From assembly GCA_965263035.1 (NCBI GenBank), contig OZ253580.1, positions 1,184,001 to 1,248,000 of the forward strand: 64,000 nucleotides of DNA, read 5' to 3'. Origin of the DNA: Acidobacteriota bacterium (GTDB taxonomy: Bacteria > Acidobacteriota > UBA6911 > RPQK01 > JAJDTT01). The notes under the pieces are model-generated. The model saw only the letters and a list, made by a program, of their open reading frames with translations, ran no database searches and was not told the origin of the DNA. The position numbers were made by a program, and so were the translations under genes. Positions 38,071-48,130 of the stretch are shown here, piece by piece; positions within the stretch are counted from its first letter, which is position 1, and each line of letters starts with the position of its first letter.

Positions 38071-39696
38071 GTGGGACGCCAACTCCATCTCATCGTCTTC
38101 GTCCTGCTGGCCGTCTACCTGACGATATTCTTCCAGTTGGGCGATCTTCCCTTCATGGGTGCCGACGAGCCCCGCTACGCTCGCATCTCCGAAGAGATGC
38201 TCCTGGGCGGCGACTACATCACACCTAAACTGGAAGGGGCTCCTTGGCTGGAGAAACCGCCGCTTCTCTTCTGGATCCAGGCCCTCAGCTTCCGCGTCTT
38301 CGGCGTGAGCGAGGCAGCGGCGCGCCTTCCGGTGGCGCTACTGGGCTTTCTTTGCGCACTTGCCATGGGAGGACTCGCCCGCCACTTGGCCGGTTTGCGT
38401 GCGGGGGTCCTGTCCATCCTCATCCTGTCGACCTCCACCCTGTTCTTCATCTTCGCCCGGGCCGGAAGTACCGACATGCCTCTTGCCGCCTGTCTCACCG
38501 TAGCCCTGGTCTGCGGTTATCGAGCCACCGGCAGCCGCAACCCTATCTGGTCACTGCTGTCGGGAACGGCCCTGGGAGCGGCGACGCTGGCCAAGGGACC
38601 GGTAGCCCTGATGCTGTTCGGCGGGATCTTCACGGTCTACTTCCTCTGGATCGAGAAGCCGGGATGGCACTGGAGACACCTGCTGTCGGGAACGGCGGCG
38701 TTCCTGGCGACGTCCATTCCCTGGTACTGGAGCGTCTGGGTCGAGAACGGGTACTCCTTCTTCGTGACCTTCTGGCTCAATCACCATTTGGCCCGTGTCA
38801 TGTCGGATCTCCACCACCATTCCCAACCGTTCTGGTACTACCTGGCGGTCCTCGCGGCGGGATTCCTCCCCTGGTCGCCCTTTCTCGCCGGTTCTTGCGC
38901 CCGCCTATGGCGCGCGCGGGGCGAGACCGGTCTGAACCGCGGCCAAGTCTTCCTCTGGATCTGGGCGGCGCTGCCCGTCCTCTTCTTCTCCCTCAGCGAG
39001 AGCAAGCTTCCCGGCTACGTCCTGCCGGTATTACCGGCACTTGCCCTGCTGGTGGCGCTGGAGTGGGACAGGGACCTGGCCGGTGAGGCGGCGGGGAGAA
39101 AATCGCTCAGGATCCCGTGGCTGGTGCTGCAGGGACTGGCGCTCCTGATGGCAGGAGCCATCGTCTACTTGAGCCGGACTTCCTACGCCTCCGACTCGGG
39201 ACTCTGGGTGGCGTTGCCCCTGGCCGGGGCCGCCCTCTGGGGAGCCCGGGAGTCACGGGCCGGCCGGCCGGAGCGGGCCTTTCTCTCGCTGGTCGGCGGA
39301 ATGGTGCTGGCAACGGCGGCCGCCTTGTCGTTCCTGGCCCCGGTGGTTGAGCACTACCATTCGGCCCGGGGTCTGGCCAGGGCGTCCCAGCCCTTGATCA
39401 GCGAGGACCGACCGCTGGTCCTCTACCGCTATTTCCATCACACGGCGCTCTACTACACCGGTTACCAGGCGACGCGGGAGGAGGTCCCGAGCCTGGCGCA
39501 CCTGCGGGACTATTCGTCCCAGCACCCGCAGCCTCACTACTATCTGCTTACCCAGGAGTCGGGAGGGAGGGAGCTGGAGACCCTTCCCGGATTCCAGTCG
39601 CTTCTGGAAGAGGGGAATCTGCGCCTGGTCCGGTTGCCGCGAGAGTCCCTGGTCCAGGAACCACCCGTCTCCCCGGCAACGGAGGACGAACTCTGA
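38071..39696 (+). CDS. ArnT/PMT-like (GT39/83) membrane glycosyltransferase
   Basis: DEPRYA, EKPPLLFW, ARLP, TDM, LAKGPV, QPFWYY, SKLPGY. Confidence 0.9.
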   Translation: MGRQLHLIVFVLLAVYLTIFFQLGDLPFMGADEPRYARISEEMLLGGDYITPKLEGAPWLEKPPLLFWIQALSFRVFGVSEAAARLPVALLGFLCALAMGGLARHLAGLRAGVLSILILSTSTLFFIFARAGSTDMPLAACLTVALVCGYRATGSRNPIWSLLSGTALGAATLAKGPVALMLFGGIFTVYFLWIEKPGWHWRHLLSGTAAFLATSIPWYWSVWVENGYSFFVTFWLNHHLARVMSDLHHHSQPFWYYLAVLAAGFLPWSPFLAGSCARLWRARGETGLNRGQVFLWIWAALPVLFFSLSESKLPGYVLPVLPALALLVALEWDRDLAGEAAGRKSLRIPWLVLQGLALLMAGAIVYLSRTSYASDSGLWVALPLAGAALWGARESRAGRPERAFLSLVGGMVLATAAALSFLAPVVEHYHSARGLARASQPLISEDRPLVLYRYFHHTALYYTGYQATREEVPSLAHLRDYSSQHPQPHYYLLTQESGGRELETLPGFQSLLEEGNLRLVRLPRESLVQEPPVSPATEDEL

Positions 39697-39748
39697 TCTT
39701 CGTTGCCTCGGTTTCGGTCTTCGACTAAGATCTCGCTGCAATTTTCCC

Positions 39749-41146
39749 ATGTCGCTACGTCTCTACAACACGCTGACCCGGACCACGGAGGAGGTCGTCC
39801 CCATCGAGGGCCGGGACCTGCGGCTCTACGCTTGCGGACCCACGGTCTACGACTTCGTTCACATCGGGAACTTCAGGACCTTCACCTTCCAGGACCTGCT
39901 CCGCCGCTACCTGCTCTACAAGGGCTTCGGACTCACCCACGTCATGAACATCACGGACGTGGACGACAAGATCATCAACGGCGCCGGAGCCCGGGGCGAG
40001 CCCATCCAGGAGTACACCAACCGCTACACCCAGGCCTTTCTGGACGATATGAAAGCCTTGCGGCTCCAGCGGCCGGAGATCATGCCCCGGGCGACCCGGC
40101 ATATTTCGCAGATGGTGGACCTGATCCTGCGCCTGCGCCGGAAGGGCCTGACCTACGAACAGGAGGGGTCGACCTACTACCGTATCGACCGGCTCCCCGC
40201 CTACGGCCGGCTCTCGCGTCTCGATCTGAATGAAGCGGAACGGGGAGACGCCACCGACGCCGACGACTACAGCAAGGACAATCCCCGGGACTTCGTGCTC
40301 TGGAAGGCGAGAAAGCCGGGAGAAGCCTATTGGGACACGGCACTGGGCCCGGGCCGGCCCGGCTGGCACATCGAGTGTTCGGCCATGAGCATGGAGTACC
40401 TGGGAGAATCGTTCGATCTGCATGCCGGGGGAATCGACTTGGTCTTTCCGCACCACGAGAACGAGATCGCCCAGAGCGAGGGCGCCACCGGCAGGCCCTT
40501 CGTCCGCCACTGGGTCCACAGCGCCCATCTGGTGGTGGAGGGAGAGAAGATGTCCAAGTCCCGGGGCAACTTCTACACCCTGCGAGATCTGTTGGAGAAG
40601 GGCTGGGACCCGTTGGCGGTCCGCTACCTGTTGCTGAGCGTCCACTACCGGAAGCAGCTCAACTTCAGCTTCCAGGGAATGACCCAGGCCCAGGCGGCCC
40701 TGCAGCGGGTCAACGACTTCATCCAGCGCCTCCGTGAGATTCCGGACGACCGGGAAGAAAACCGGGAGCTGACGGAGGCGGCCGCGCAAGCCGGCCGGAA
40801 CTTCGAGTCGAGCCTGGACGACGACCTGAATACGTCGGCCGCCCTGGCTTCCATCTTCGAACTGGTCCGGAAGGGAAACCTGCTCCTGCAGCAGAACCTG
40901 GTCGGCGGTCCCGACCGCGACGCCATTTTGAGTTTCTTCTCCAAGGCGAACCGGATATTCGAGACCTTCCAATTGGAAACCCTCGAGTTGGAGGACGACG
41001 AGATCGCCCGGCTCATCCAGGAAAGGACGAAGGCTCGCCAAACCCGGGACTACGCCCGAGCCGACCAGATCCGCAGCCTCTTGTCCGAAAAAGGGATCGT
41101 CCTGGAGGACACCCGAGAGGGAACAAGGTGGAAACGGGCGACCTGA
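39749..41146 (+). CDS. cysS: Cysteine--tRNA ligase
   Basis: CGPTVYD..HIGN, GRPGWHIECSAM, FPHHENE, KMSKS. Confidence 0.98.
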   Translation: MSLRLYNTLTRTTEEVVPIEGRDLRLYACGPTVYDFVHIGNFRTFTFQDLLRRYLLYKGFGLTHVMNITDVDDKIINGAGARGEPIQEYTNRYTQAFLDDMKALRLQRPEIMPRATRHISQMVDLILRLRRKGLTYEQEGSTYYRIDRLPAYGRLSRLDLNEAERGDATDADDYSKDNPRDFVLWKARKPGEAYWDTALGPGRPGWHIECSAMSMEYLGESFDLHAGGIDLVFPHHENEIAQSEGATGRPFVRHWVHSAHLVVEGEKMSKSRGNFYTLRDLLEKGWDPLAVRYLLLSVHYRKQLNFSFQGMTQAQAALQRVNDFIQRLREIPDDREENRELTEAAAQAGRNFESSLDDDLNTSAALASIFELVRKGNLLLQQNLVGGPDRDAILSFFSKANRIFETFQLETLELEDDEIARLIQERTKARQTRDYARADQIRSLLSEKGIVLEDTREGTRWKRAT

Positions 41147-41147
41147 A

Positions 41148-41307
41148 CAGCCCGTGGCAAAAGTCGTCATGGCATTCGACCGTCCCTGCATCGTGCGCGG
41201 ACTGCGTTGCTATCGGCTCACATACTCCCGGTATGCTTCCTCATCGCGCCTGGTCCGGCGGGCGCAGGAACGGTTTCGGTGCTGCATGAGACTTTCACCA
41301 CGGACTG
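41148..41307 (-). mobile_element. ~160-bp MITE-like dispersed repeat, copy 2 (reverse orientation)
   Basis: CAGCCCGTGGCAAAAGT...ACTTTCACCACGGACTG; reverse complement of copy 1 with substitutions; flanks TGAA / TAAA. Confidence 0.85.
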
Positions 41308-42623
41308 TAAAGCTCGACGCCGGCGAAACGGCCGGCATACTCTCCCGCTATCTGCCCGCTTCCGGAGTGGAGATCGTCGCCGACCTGTCCCGAAGCCACG
41401 GATCCCGCCTCTGCGAATTCCAGACCAATCGTCTGTTTCTGGACTTCATGGCCTTCTTTGCCACCTCGCCCATCGGCTACAACCACCCTCGCATGACGCG
41501 TCCCGAAGTGGTGGAAGAAATGGGAGAGGCGGCCCTCCACAAACCGTCCAACTCGGACCTTTACACCCCCGAGATGGGGGCCTTCGTGGACACCTTTTCC
41601 CGCCTCGCGCTGCCTGATTCCATGAAGCACCTCTTCTTCGTGGAAGGCGGCGCCCCGGCGGTGGAAAACGCTCTCAAGGTGGCTTTCGACTGGAAGGCCC
41701 GGAAGAATCGCGCCCAAGGTCACCCGGAAGAGAAGGACCTTCAGGTGATCCATTTCAGGGAGGCCTTCCACGGACGGCTCGGCTACACCCTTTCCCTCAC
41801 CAACACCTTCGACCGGAACAAGACCCGGTATTTCCCCAAGTTCGGCTGGCCCCGGATCGAGAATCCCAAATGCCGCTTCCCCCTGACAGGAGACAACCTC
41901 AATTCAGTGCTGGAATCCGAGGAGCGAGCCCTGCGGCAGATCCGGCGGGTTCTGGAGAAGAATCCCTCGCAAGTCGCCTGCCTGATCCTGGAGCCGATCC
42001 AGGGGGAGGGCGGAGACAACCATTTCCGGCGGGAGTTCCACCGGGCTCTGCGGTCCGTCTGTGACGAGTTCGACCTCCTGTTCATCTACGACGAGGTGCA
42101 GACCGGCCTGGGCGGGACCGGAGAGATGTGGGCCATGGAGCATTACGCGGAGCCGGACCTGCTGGCCTTCGGCAAGAAGACCCAGGTCTGCGGGATCATG
42201 GCCAACGGCCGCATCGACGACGTCCCCGACAACGTCTTCCAGGTGCCGGGGCGGATCAATTCGACCTGGGGAGGGAGCCTCGTCGACATGGTCCGGTGCC
42301 GGATCTACCTGGAGATCTACGAGCGAGAGGGGATTCTGGCGCACGCCCGCAAGATGGGCCGTGTGCTGTTGGAGGGTCTTCACGAACTGATCGAGGAGAC
42401 GCCCGCCCTTTTCTCCAACGCCAGGGGCGTCGGTCCCTTTTGCGCCATCGACCTGCCCGACACTCCCAGCCGCGACCGGTTCGTGAGGAGCCTTCTACGC
42501 CGCCGCCTGCTCATCCTGCCCTCCGGCGAGCGGTCCATCCGCTTCCGACCCGCGCTGAACATGCCGGAAGAGGACGTGCAGGAGGGTCTGGAGATCTTCC
42601 GAAAGGCCACCCGGGAATTCTGA
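41286..42623 (+). CDS. lat: L-lysine 6-aminotransferase (class III PLP aminotransferase)
   Basis: HKPSNSD, GAPAVENALKVAFDWK, AFHGR.GYTLSLTNT, FPKF.WPRI, EPIQGEGGD, DEVQTG, AFGKKTQVCG, RINSTWGG; likely ATG lies inside the repeat. Confidence 0.88.
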   Translation: MRLSPRTVKLDAGETAGILSRYLPASGVEIVADLSRSHGSRLCEFQTNRLFLDFMAFFATSPIGYNHPRMTRPEVVEEMGEAALHKPSNSDLYTPEMGAFVDTFSRLALPDSMKHLFFVEGGAPAVENALKVAFDWKARKNRAQGHPEEKDLQVIHFREAFHGRLGYTLSLTNTFDRNKTRYFPKFGWPRIENPKCRFPLTGDNLNSVLESEERALRQIRRVLEKNPSQVACLILEPIQGEGGDNHFRREFHRALRSVCDEFDLLFIYDEVQTGLGGTGEMWAMEHYAEPDLLAFGKKTQVCGIMANGRIDDVPDNVFQVPGRINSTWGGSLVDMVRCRIYLEIYEREGILAHARKMGRVLLEGLHELIEETPALFSNARGVGPFCAIDLPDTPSRDRFVRSLLRRRLLILPSGERSIRFRPALNMPEEDVQEGLEIFRKATREF

Positions 42624-42700
42624 CGTGCCGCCGGTCCGAAACCCCGGATCTATAGAGGACTCGGTAGCCGCTTGCCCCCGTGCCGTGAGTGCCAGCACAG

Positions 42701-45700
42701 CTAGCCCCAAAGCCAATCCAGTCCTGAGAAGGCCAGTTCCCGGTCGAAATTCTCGATATTGTCACGCACGTTCACGATCAGGCACCGGTCGTTGCCGCCA
42801 TTTCTCGGTCCTCTCAGACCTCTCCCGATCATCTGGAAATAGAGGTTCGGGCTGTAGACGGGACGGGCGACGATGATGACTCGCGTCTTGGGTGCGTCGA
42901 ATCCTTCGCGGAAGACGCCATAGTTGACCAAGACCCGGATCTCTCCCGCCCGGTATTCTTCGACGATCCTTCGTCGGACGGAGGACTCCGTTGCGCCGCT
43001 CACCACCCTGGACCTCACGCCTTGAGAGTTCAACAGCGCCGCCACCGTCAGAGCGTGTTCCACCGACGTGGCGAACACCAGCGTGGGCCACTCCGGGCTG
43101 ACATTACCAACGAGTCTTTCGTACGCGTGGACGATACGCTTGGTTCGATCCACGTCGCGAGCAATGCGATCCTCCATGCTGCGCGGCAACCAGGCGGGAA
43201 AACGCATCGCCTGCAATATTTTCAACTCCTCCCGGCTCAAGGAGAAATCGCCACCTTCGATGATTTCGTGGTCAGCGCGCGCCAGTACGCGCATCTCCTG
43301 CAGCTCGCGGACGACTTGCCCGGGTTCAGCGCTCGCCAACGCTCCGGCATCCAGGCGATTGGCACCGTAGCGACGCACCAGCCTTGCTGTTTCTCTCTCG
43401 TCATGCCCCCGGTAAGGCGTCGCGGTAAGGCCAATCAGAAACGGCTCCTCACTTCGCTGCCAACGGGTCAGCCCGATCTCTTCCATGACGGAAGTGAAGG
43501 TAGGCGCAATGGAACGGTGGGCTTCGTCGAAAACGACGAGTGTGAAATCCGAAAGGAAACTGTACTCACCGGGTTGTTTCGACAACTTGGCGTTGAGCGT
43601 CTGGATCGTCGCGACAATGACGTGGAGGTCGTTGCCAGGCAGGGGCCGCGGCTGGCCAGCCCACATCCTGGAAATGCGCAAGCGTTTCCCTTCAACGCCC
43701 ACGCTGGACCAGACTTGCCCCCACGCTTCCACAGCCTGCTCACACAGCTCGTCGCGGTCCGCCACCCACAGGACACCGCCATTGAAGCCGTCACGAATGG
43801 CTTCGACAATGGCCTGCACCGCGACGCGCGTCTTTCCTGACCCCGTAGGCAGACTGATCATCCCTCGACGCCCACCATTTCCCGCGAATCCATTGCAGAG
43901 CAGGTCTCGCACCCGGTCCACGATAGTGCGCTGGTAACCATGCGGTTCCGGAAGTGAGTGTGGCCCCTCCACATCAAGAAACGGCGGACGGCGAGAACTC
44001 CGTTGTCCGGCCCACTCCGCCGAGAACCCGAGCGATCGGACGAAGTCAACGGCGCGTTGTGATCCAGCCCAACGTTTCGGCGGGTCCAAGTGGTCCAAAG
44101 CCCATTTGTACTCTTTGAGAGCTGACGTGTGATACGTCGCAATGGCGATTTCTGCCAGCTCCATGCCGGTCATCGGTGTGCGGTCGACTTCAAGCACCTG
44201 AAGGAGGGACGTGGGCAAACCGGAACGCAGGGCATCCGCCCCCACGGCTTGGGCCAGCCTCTCGGCGTCCGATGCCAGACGCCGGATCGCCGCGTGCTGT
44301 CTTTCGACTTCCTCCGGGGCTGCGTACCGCAGTATGTGCTCGAGCTGGGTGTCACTCAGATCCAGACCCAACCGTTGCGTGACCAGCCGCAGCTCCCGAT
44401 CCTCGTCATCCGTCCTGACCAGGTAGACTTTGGAGTCCACCAATACACATTCGGGACCGCTGGCGCCGTCGGCGACCAGTTCCAGGCATCGGATGAGCGA
44501 CCAAGTCATCGAGTGCGCACTCAGGTGCGGCGCCAGACCGGGCCACACGTCGGTCAGCGGCACCGCGTCCTCCTCGCCGACAGGTTCCACCGCGGGCTCG
44601 GCAAGATCGAAGTCTTTCCTGATTCGGCTCGCCATCGGATGCGACAGCAGGACGCTCAGCGCGGCAGGATTGGCGGGGTGAGGACCGAGCGCATCCGCCA
44701 GGGGAACGATTTCACCGGCGCACCGGATACGCCCATGCTCCCTCAGCAACGCGACCGCCGGATTCGGACACGGAAGCTCCGGATAGATGCGCTGAGTTTC
44801 GTGGCGCAGGGTCCATCCGCCATACGTGGTCTCCAGGGAAAGCAAGGCGTCGGTATATCGTGCTCTGCCTTCATCGGAAAGCTGGGTCAGAACCTGCATG
44901 GGACCACTTCCGACCGTCGAGTCGAACTGCAGTCTGCGCCAATGCGGCTTCTTCGGAAGGTCCCGAGCCGTGAACTTCCGGCGACAGGTGTATACGAACC
45001 ACTCGAAAGCGGGGTCGCCCGACAATTGCCGATTCGGCCTCGGCCCATCCGTCACCCCGAGTCTCTCCAGCAACTTCAGGTCGGCACGATGGAAGTCGGT
45101 GTCGACCGTGACGTCGCTGTCGCGTGCGCCTGCCGAAGACACGATTTCACCGGGCAGGAGGGTCGAATACAGGCCCTGCCAATGGCCAGACCGCGTCCAC
45201 ACTTGAATCCGCCACGCCGAATCCCACCGGGCCTTGATCATCGCGTACGCCGTGTCCGTGCCCAAATCGCGCGAAGTGACCCAGAACTCGGTCCACCCCG
45301 TGCCACCCGATGCGCCGTTCCACCTGAACAACCGCCGGACCAGGGATTGGAAATGACTCTCAGCAGAGACGTACTTGATGCCAAGTTCCGTCAGAGCGGC
45401 CAAAGTGTCTGCGTCAGACACGAGCCGCGCATGAACCAGGAGGTCGTCAACATCCTGGTCGTCTTCGAACGATGACAGGAACACGCCATCCGGGTCAGGC
45501 GAGCACCAGTCCCCGCTCTGCGTCCGCAGAATGGCGCCAAGGTATGCTCCCTGCCTCAGCTCCTGCGGAATCGACGCAGCCACTTGGAGCGCCGTCATGG
45601 ACGCCTCGATCGCCTCATCTCCAACCGAGCCGTCGACCAGGGCATTCAGCCACTCTCCTATCGACGACCGAGGGGCCTGCGTCAAACTCCGCCGCTCCGG

Positions 45701-47152
45701 AGAAAACAGCCGGTTGACCCGGGCGATCCGATTCGTACGGAGTCCGCTGTGGTGAAGCCAGTCTGTTGGACGCTGACTGGCTTCTGCCCACTCTTGGAGC
45801 GATTCCGCCCCCGACAGATCTTGAGTCAGCGCTGACGGCGCGTAGGAAACGTCCCGTATCCTGCGCAGAGTTCCGACCTGATCGGGGACCACGGGCCGGC
45901 CGCGCAGTTCCTCATACAACCGATCGCGAAGGCGGTTGCTGTGCTCGGTGTCGCCAGCTTCATATCGGCGCGGGAGAGCATCCAGATGTCGTGCCGGATC
46001 CCGCTCGCTGGCCAGATCGGGCAAGCATCTCGCCACCATCCTCGCCGCGGCATCGATCAACTCGTCGTTGTACGGACCAGGCAACAGATTCTGCCGGTCT
46101 TCGTTGGTCTTCCAGGGTGCGTTCAGGATACCGGCCAGAAGACTTGCCGTCTTGGTCGGGAAGAAGTGCCAGAAATAACCCGGTTCGTTCAGTCGGTCCA
46201 ACGGCGCTGCCCACCAGACGGGCACCTCACCGCCGTCGTCGAGTGAACGTCTGTCCTCTTGGGCTTCGGCAGAAAGCTGGTGTGTGATCTTGAAGCACTT
46301 CCACCGCGAAGAACCTGAGCCGGTATCGAGGCGAAGCTTGCCGTTGAACCTTTCCAGAACGATTTTCCGAGACCGTTCCTCGCCTTCAAGGGTCAGATGC
46401 CGGACATGGTCAACAAACAGGAGAAACTCAGGCGGAAAATCGCGGACCTGTTGCGCAAGATCCTCCCATGCGCCCGGCTTCAGCGGCAGGCGGACGATGT
46501 TTGTGGCCCAAGTCATCAGATCGACCAGATCGTCGTCTCCTTCCGCCACTTTTCGAACATCAATGGGAACGGGCAACCGCAGGACCGGATAGCGTTCTCC
46601 TGGCACAAACTTGGCTATGCAGTCGGCCGCATATTCCCGGTCGAACCGAAAGGAGCCGGCGCGACTGTAGAACTCGGGTGCATCCGTGACACCCAGCACC
46701 GATTTGAAGCCCAGTCCAAACCGCCCGATCTCACTCGTGTTCCTCTTGCTCGACAGGTGGGAGAACATGAGTGCTCGGACCCCGTCCTGACTGATCGCGT
46801 CTCCATCGTCGGCGCAGTAGAGATGGTTTTCCGTCAGGCGGACCAGAATGCTCTGGCCGCAGAGTGCGTTGGCAAGCGCATCCGCACTGTTCTGGACCAG
46901 CTCGAAGAGCTGCCGATGAGCGTAACCGCCATGAGCGATATCATGCTCATGGTTTGCATGTTCGGTGATGAGATGCGGTTGCTCACGGTATGCCCGGAGC
47001 GTGTTCCTCGTCTGCTCCGCAATGAAACCGCAAATCGGATTATCGGAACCGGCCCAGCCGGGCTTTTCGATGGGTTGAGGCAGATTCAGCTTGGCATTCG
47101 GACGATAGAATCTACCGCGCTCACCCTTGGAGAAATCATACTCCTGTCTCAT
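42701..47152 (-). CDS. Large sacsin-type GHKL ATPase + SF2 (DEAH) helicase with N-terminal BrnA-like antitoxin peptide
   Basis: GHKL motifs ELVQNSADA, DDG, IGRFGLGFKSV; helicase motifs LPTGSGKT, DEAH, TATP, QMIGRGLR; N-terminus MRQEYDFSKGERGRFYRP. Confidence 0.85.
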   Translation of the reverse strand: MRQEYDFSKGERGRFYRPNAKLNLPQPIEKPGWAGSDNPICGFIAEQTRNTLRAYREQPHLITEHANHEHDIAHGGYAHRQLFELVQNSADALANALCGQSILVRLTENHLYCADDGDAISQDGVRALMFSHLSSKRNTSEIGRFGLGFKSVLGVTDAPEFYSRAGSFRFDREYAADCIAKFVPGERYPVLRLPVPIDVRKVAEGDDDLVDLMTWATNIVRLPLKPGAWEDLAQQVRDFPPEFLLFVDHVRHLTLEGEERSRKIVLERFNGKLRLDTGSGSSRWKCFKITHQLSAEAQEDRRSLDDGGEVPVWWAAPLDRLNEPGYFWHFFPTKTASLLAGILNAPWKTNEDRQNLLPGPYNDELIDAAARMVARCLPDLASERDPARHLDALPRRYEAGDTEHSNRLRDRLYEELRGRPVVPDQVGTLRRIRDVSYAPSALTQDLSGAESLQEWAEASQRPTDWLHHSGLRTNRIARVNRLFSPERRSLTQAPRSSIGEWLNALVDGSVGDEAIEASMTALQVAASIPQELRQGAYLGAILRTQSGDWCSPDPDGVFLSSFEDDQDVDDLLVHARLVSDADTLAALTELGIKYVSAESHFQSLVRRLFRWNGASGGTGWTEFWVTSRDLGTDTAYAMIKARWDSAWRIQVWTRSGHWQGLYSTLLPGEIVSSAGARDSDVTVDTDFHRADLKLLERLGVTDGPRPNRQLSGDPAFEWFVYTCRRKFTARDLPKKPHWRRLQFDSTVGSGPMQVLTQLSDEGRARYTDALLSLETTYGGWTLRHETQRIYPELPCPNPAVALLREHGRIRCAGEIVPLADALGPHPANPAALSVLLSHPMASRIRKDFDLAEPAVEPVGEEDAVPLTDVWPGLAPHLSAHSMTWSLIRCLELVADGASGPECVLVDSKVYLVRTDDEDRELRLVTQRLGLDLSDTQLEHILRYAAPEEVERQHAAIRRLASDAERLAQAVGADALRSGLPTSLLQVLEVDRTPMTGMELAEIAIATYHTSALKEYKWALDHLDPPKRWAGSQRAVDFVRSLGFSAEWAGQRSSRRPPFLDVEGPHSLPEPHGYQRTIVDRVRDLLCNGFAGNGGRRGMISLPTGSGKTRVAVQAIVEAIRDGFNGGVLWVADRDELCEQAVEAWGQVWSSVGVEGKRLRISRMWAGQPRPLPGNDLHVIVATIQTLNAKLSKQPGEYSFLSDFTLVVFDEAHRSIAPTFTSVMEEIGLTRWQRSEEPFLIGLTATPYRGHDERETARLVRRYGANRLDAGALASAEPGQVVRELQEMRVLARADHEIIEGGDFSLSREELKILQAMRFPAWLPRSMEDRIARDVDRTKRIVHAYERLVGNVSPEWPTLVFATSVEHALTVAALLNSQGVRSRVVSGATESSVRRRIVEEYRAGEIRVLVNYGVFREGFDAPKTRVIIVARPVYSPNLYFQMIGRGLRGPRNGGNDRCLIVNVRDNIENFDRELAFSGLDWLWG

Positions 47153-47454
47153 CGTACAGATTCGTCGTCGCGTCGCTCGTTTCGCCTTGCCGGCCGCGCC
47201 GAAATGATCCGCGTCGGGGTCCTGTCGCGGGCCTGACGGGAAGTGTGGCTCACGACCAACTAACGACCGTCCCGGGTCAGTCCAATCGTCAAATAGCGCC
47301 TCTCATCCTCACTGTGGTCTTCGTCAGCTATCGTCAATTCGAGCGGATCCTCGAACCCAGTGGCGGCATCACGAAAGTCGACGCCGTGCTTGCGCAAATT
47401 GCTTTCTGCCTCGCTCGGATCCCAATCGAAGTCGAACAAGCTATTCCTATCCAC
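47149..47454 (-). pseudogene. brnT: BrnT family ribonuclease toxin with one in-frame TAG
   Basis: FDWD....SNLRKHGVDF.DA...F.DP, HS.DE.R..TIG; after TAG (47260-62) the frame continues LVVSHT...RIISAR.A...ER to TGA at 47149-51, overlapping the next ATG. Confidence 0.85.
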
Positions 47455-47619
47455 TCGTTCAACAGCCAGGGTATGCCTTCATTTTCGAGGGGATGAAACA
47501 ATCCGGGTAAGTGCAACATTGACCAGCGGTCGGGCATCGACCATGCCAAAGCCACGCGAGCATCATAGGGCAGAATCAATCAGGTATTTGTCTGTTTCAA
47601 ATAGCCGACCATCGACCTC

Positions 47620-48009
47620 TCAAAGCACGTAGTGCCGGAGCCGGAAGCGAACCTGGTCGCGGGTCTCGACGGCGATGACGTCCAATCGCACCGGCGCCTC
47701 CTCCAACTCGTGGCGCCAGATGAACTCGCAGGCGAGGCGCTCCAGCCGGCGTTGCTTCTCCGGGTCCACGCGCTCCTCCGGCAGAAATGGTGAGGGAAGA
47801 AGACTCGTCTTCACCTCGACGAAGACGAGCCAGGAATCGTTCCAGGCGATCAGGTCCACCTCGCCCCGCCGGCTCCTCCAATTCCGGGCCACCACGTCCC
47901 ATCCCATCGCCAGCAGGTGCCGCAGTGCGATCCACTCGCCCCAGCGGCCCAAGTCGCCGCGAGAGGGGTTGAAGCGCCGATTCCAGAGCCAGGCGAGGAT
48001 CGGGGACAC
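47620..48009 (-). CDS. yraN: YraN (UPF0102) family putative endonuclease (start uncertain)
   Basis: LGRWGE..A...L, RNWRSRRGEVDLIA, LVFVEVKT, RLDVIAV. Confidence 0.88.
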   Translation of the reverse strand: MSPILAWLWNRRFNPSRGDLGRWGEWIALRHLLAMGWDVVARNWRSRRGEVDLIAWNDSWLVFVEVKTSLLPSPFLPEERVDPEKQRRLERLACEFIWRHELEEAPVRLDVIAVETRDQVRFRLRHYVL

Positions 48010-48130
48010 CCGTCCCTCACGCACCCAACCACCGCTTGCAGTCGTGCGAAGCATCCCTCGAACAGAACGTCTCGGGATCAAAAAACACGGGAAGACCCGG
48101 CGCCGCAGGAGGGTAAGCTGGAAGACTCGG

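Noticed and set aside
41154-41285. 44-aa N-terminal extension of Lat in the ORF track
   Set aside because: It is translation of the repeat element; the same peptide appears at 37781-38029 on the minus strand.
47260-47262. Pyrrolysine or genetic-code reassignment explanation for the brnT TAG
   Set aside because: TAG is used as a normal stop by groES, groEL, smc and nfuA in this window, and no pyl genes are seen.
47334-47579. ILPYDARVALAW, resembling a PIN-domain fragment upstream of brnT
   Set aside because: Too short; no other PIN motifs in any frame.
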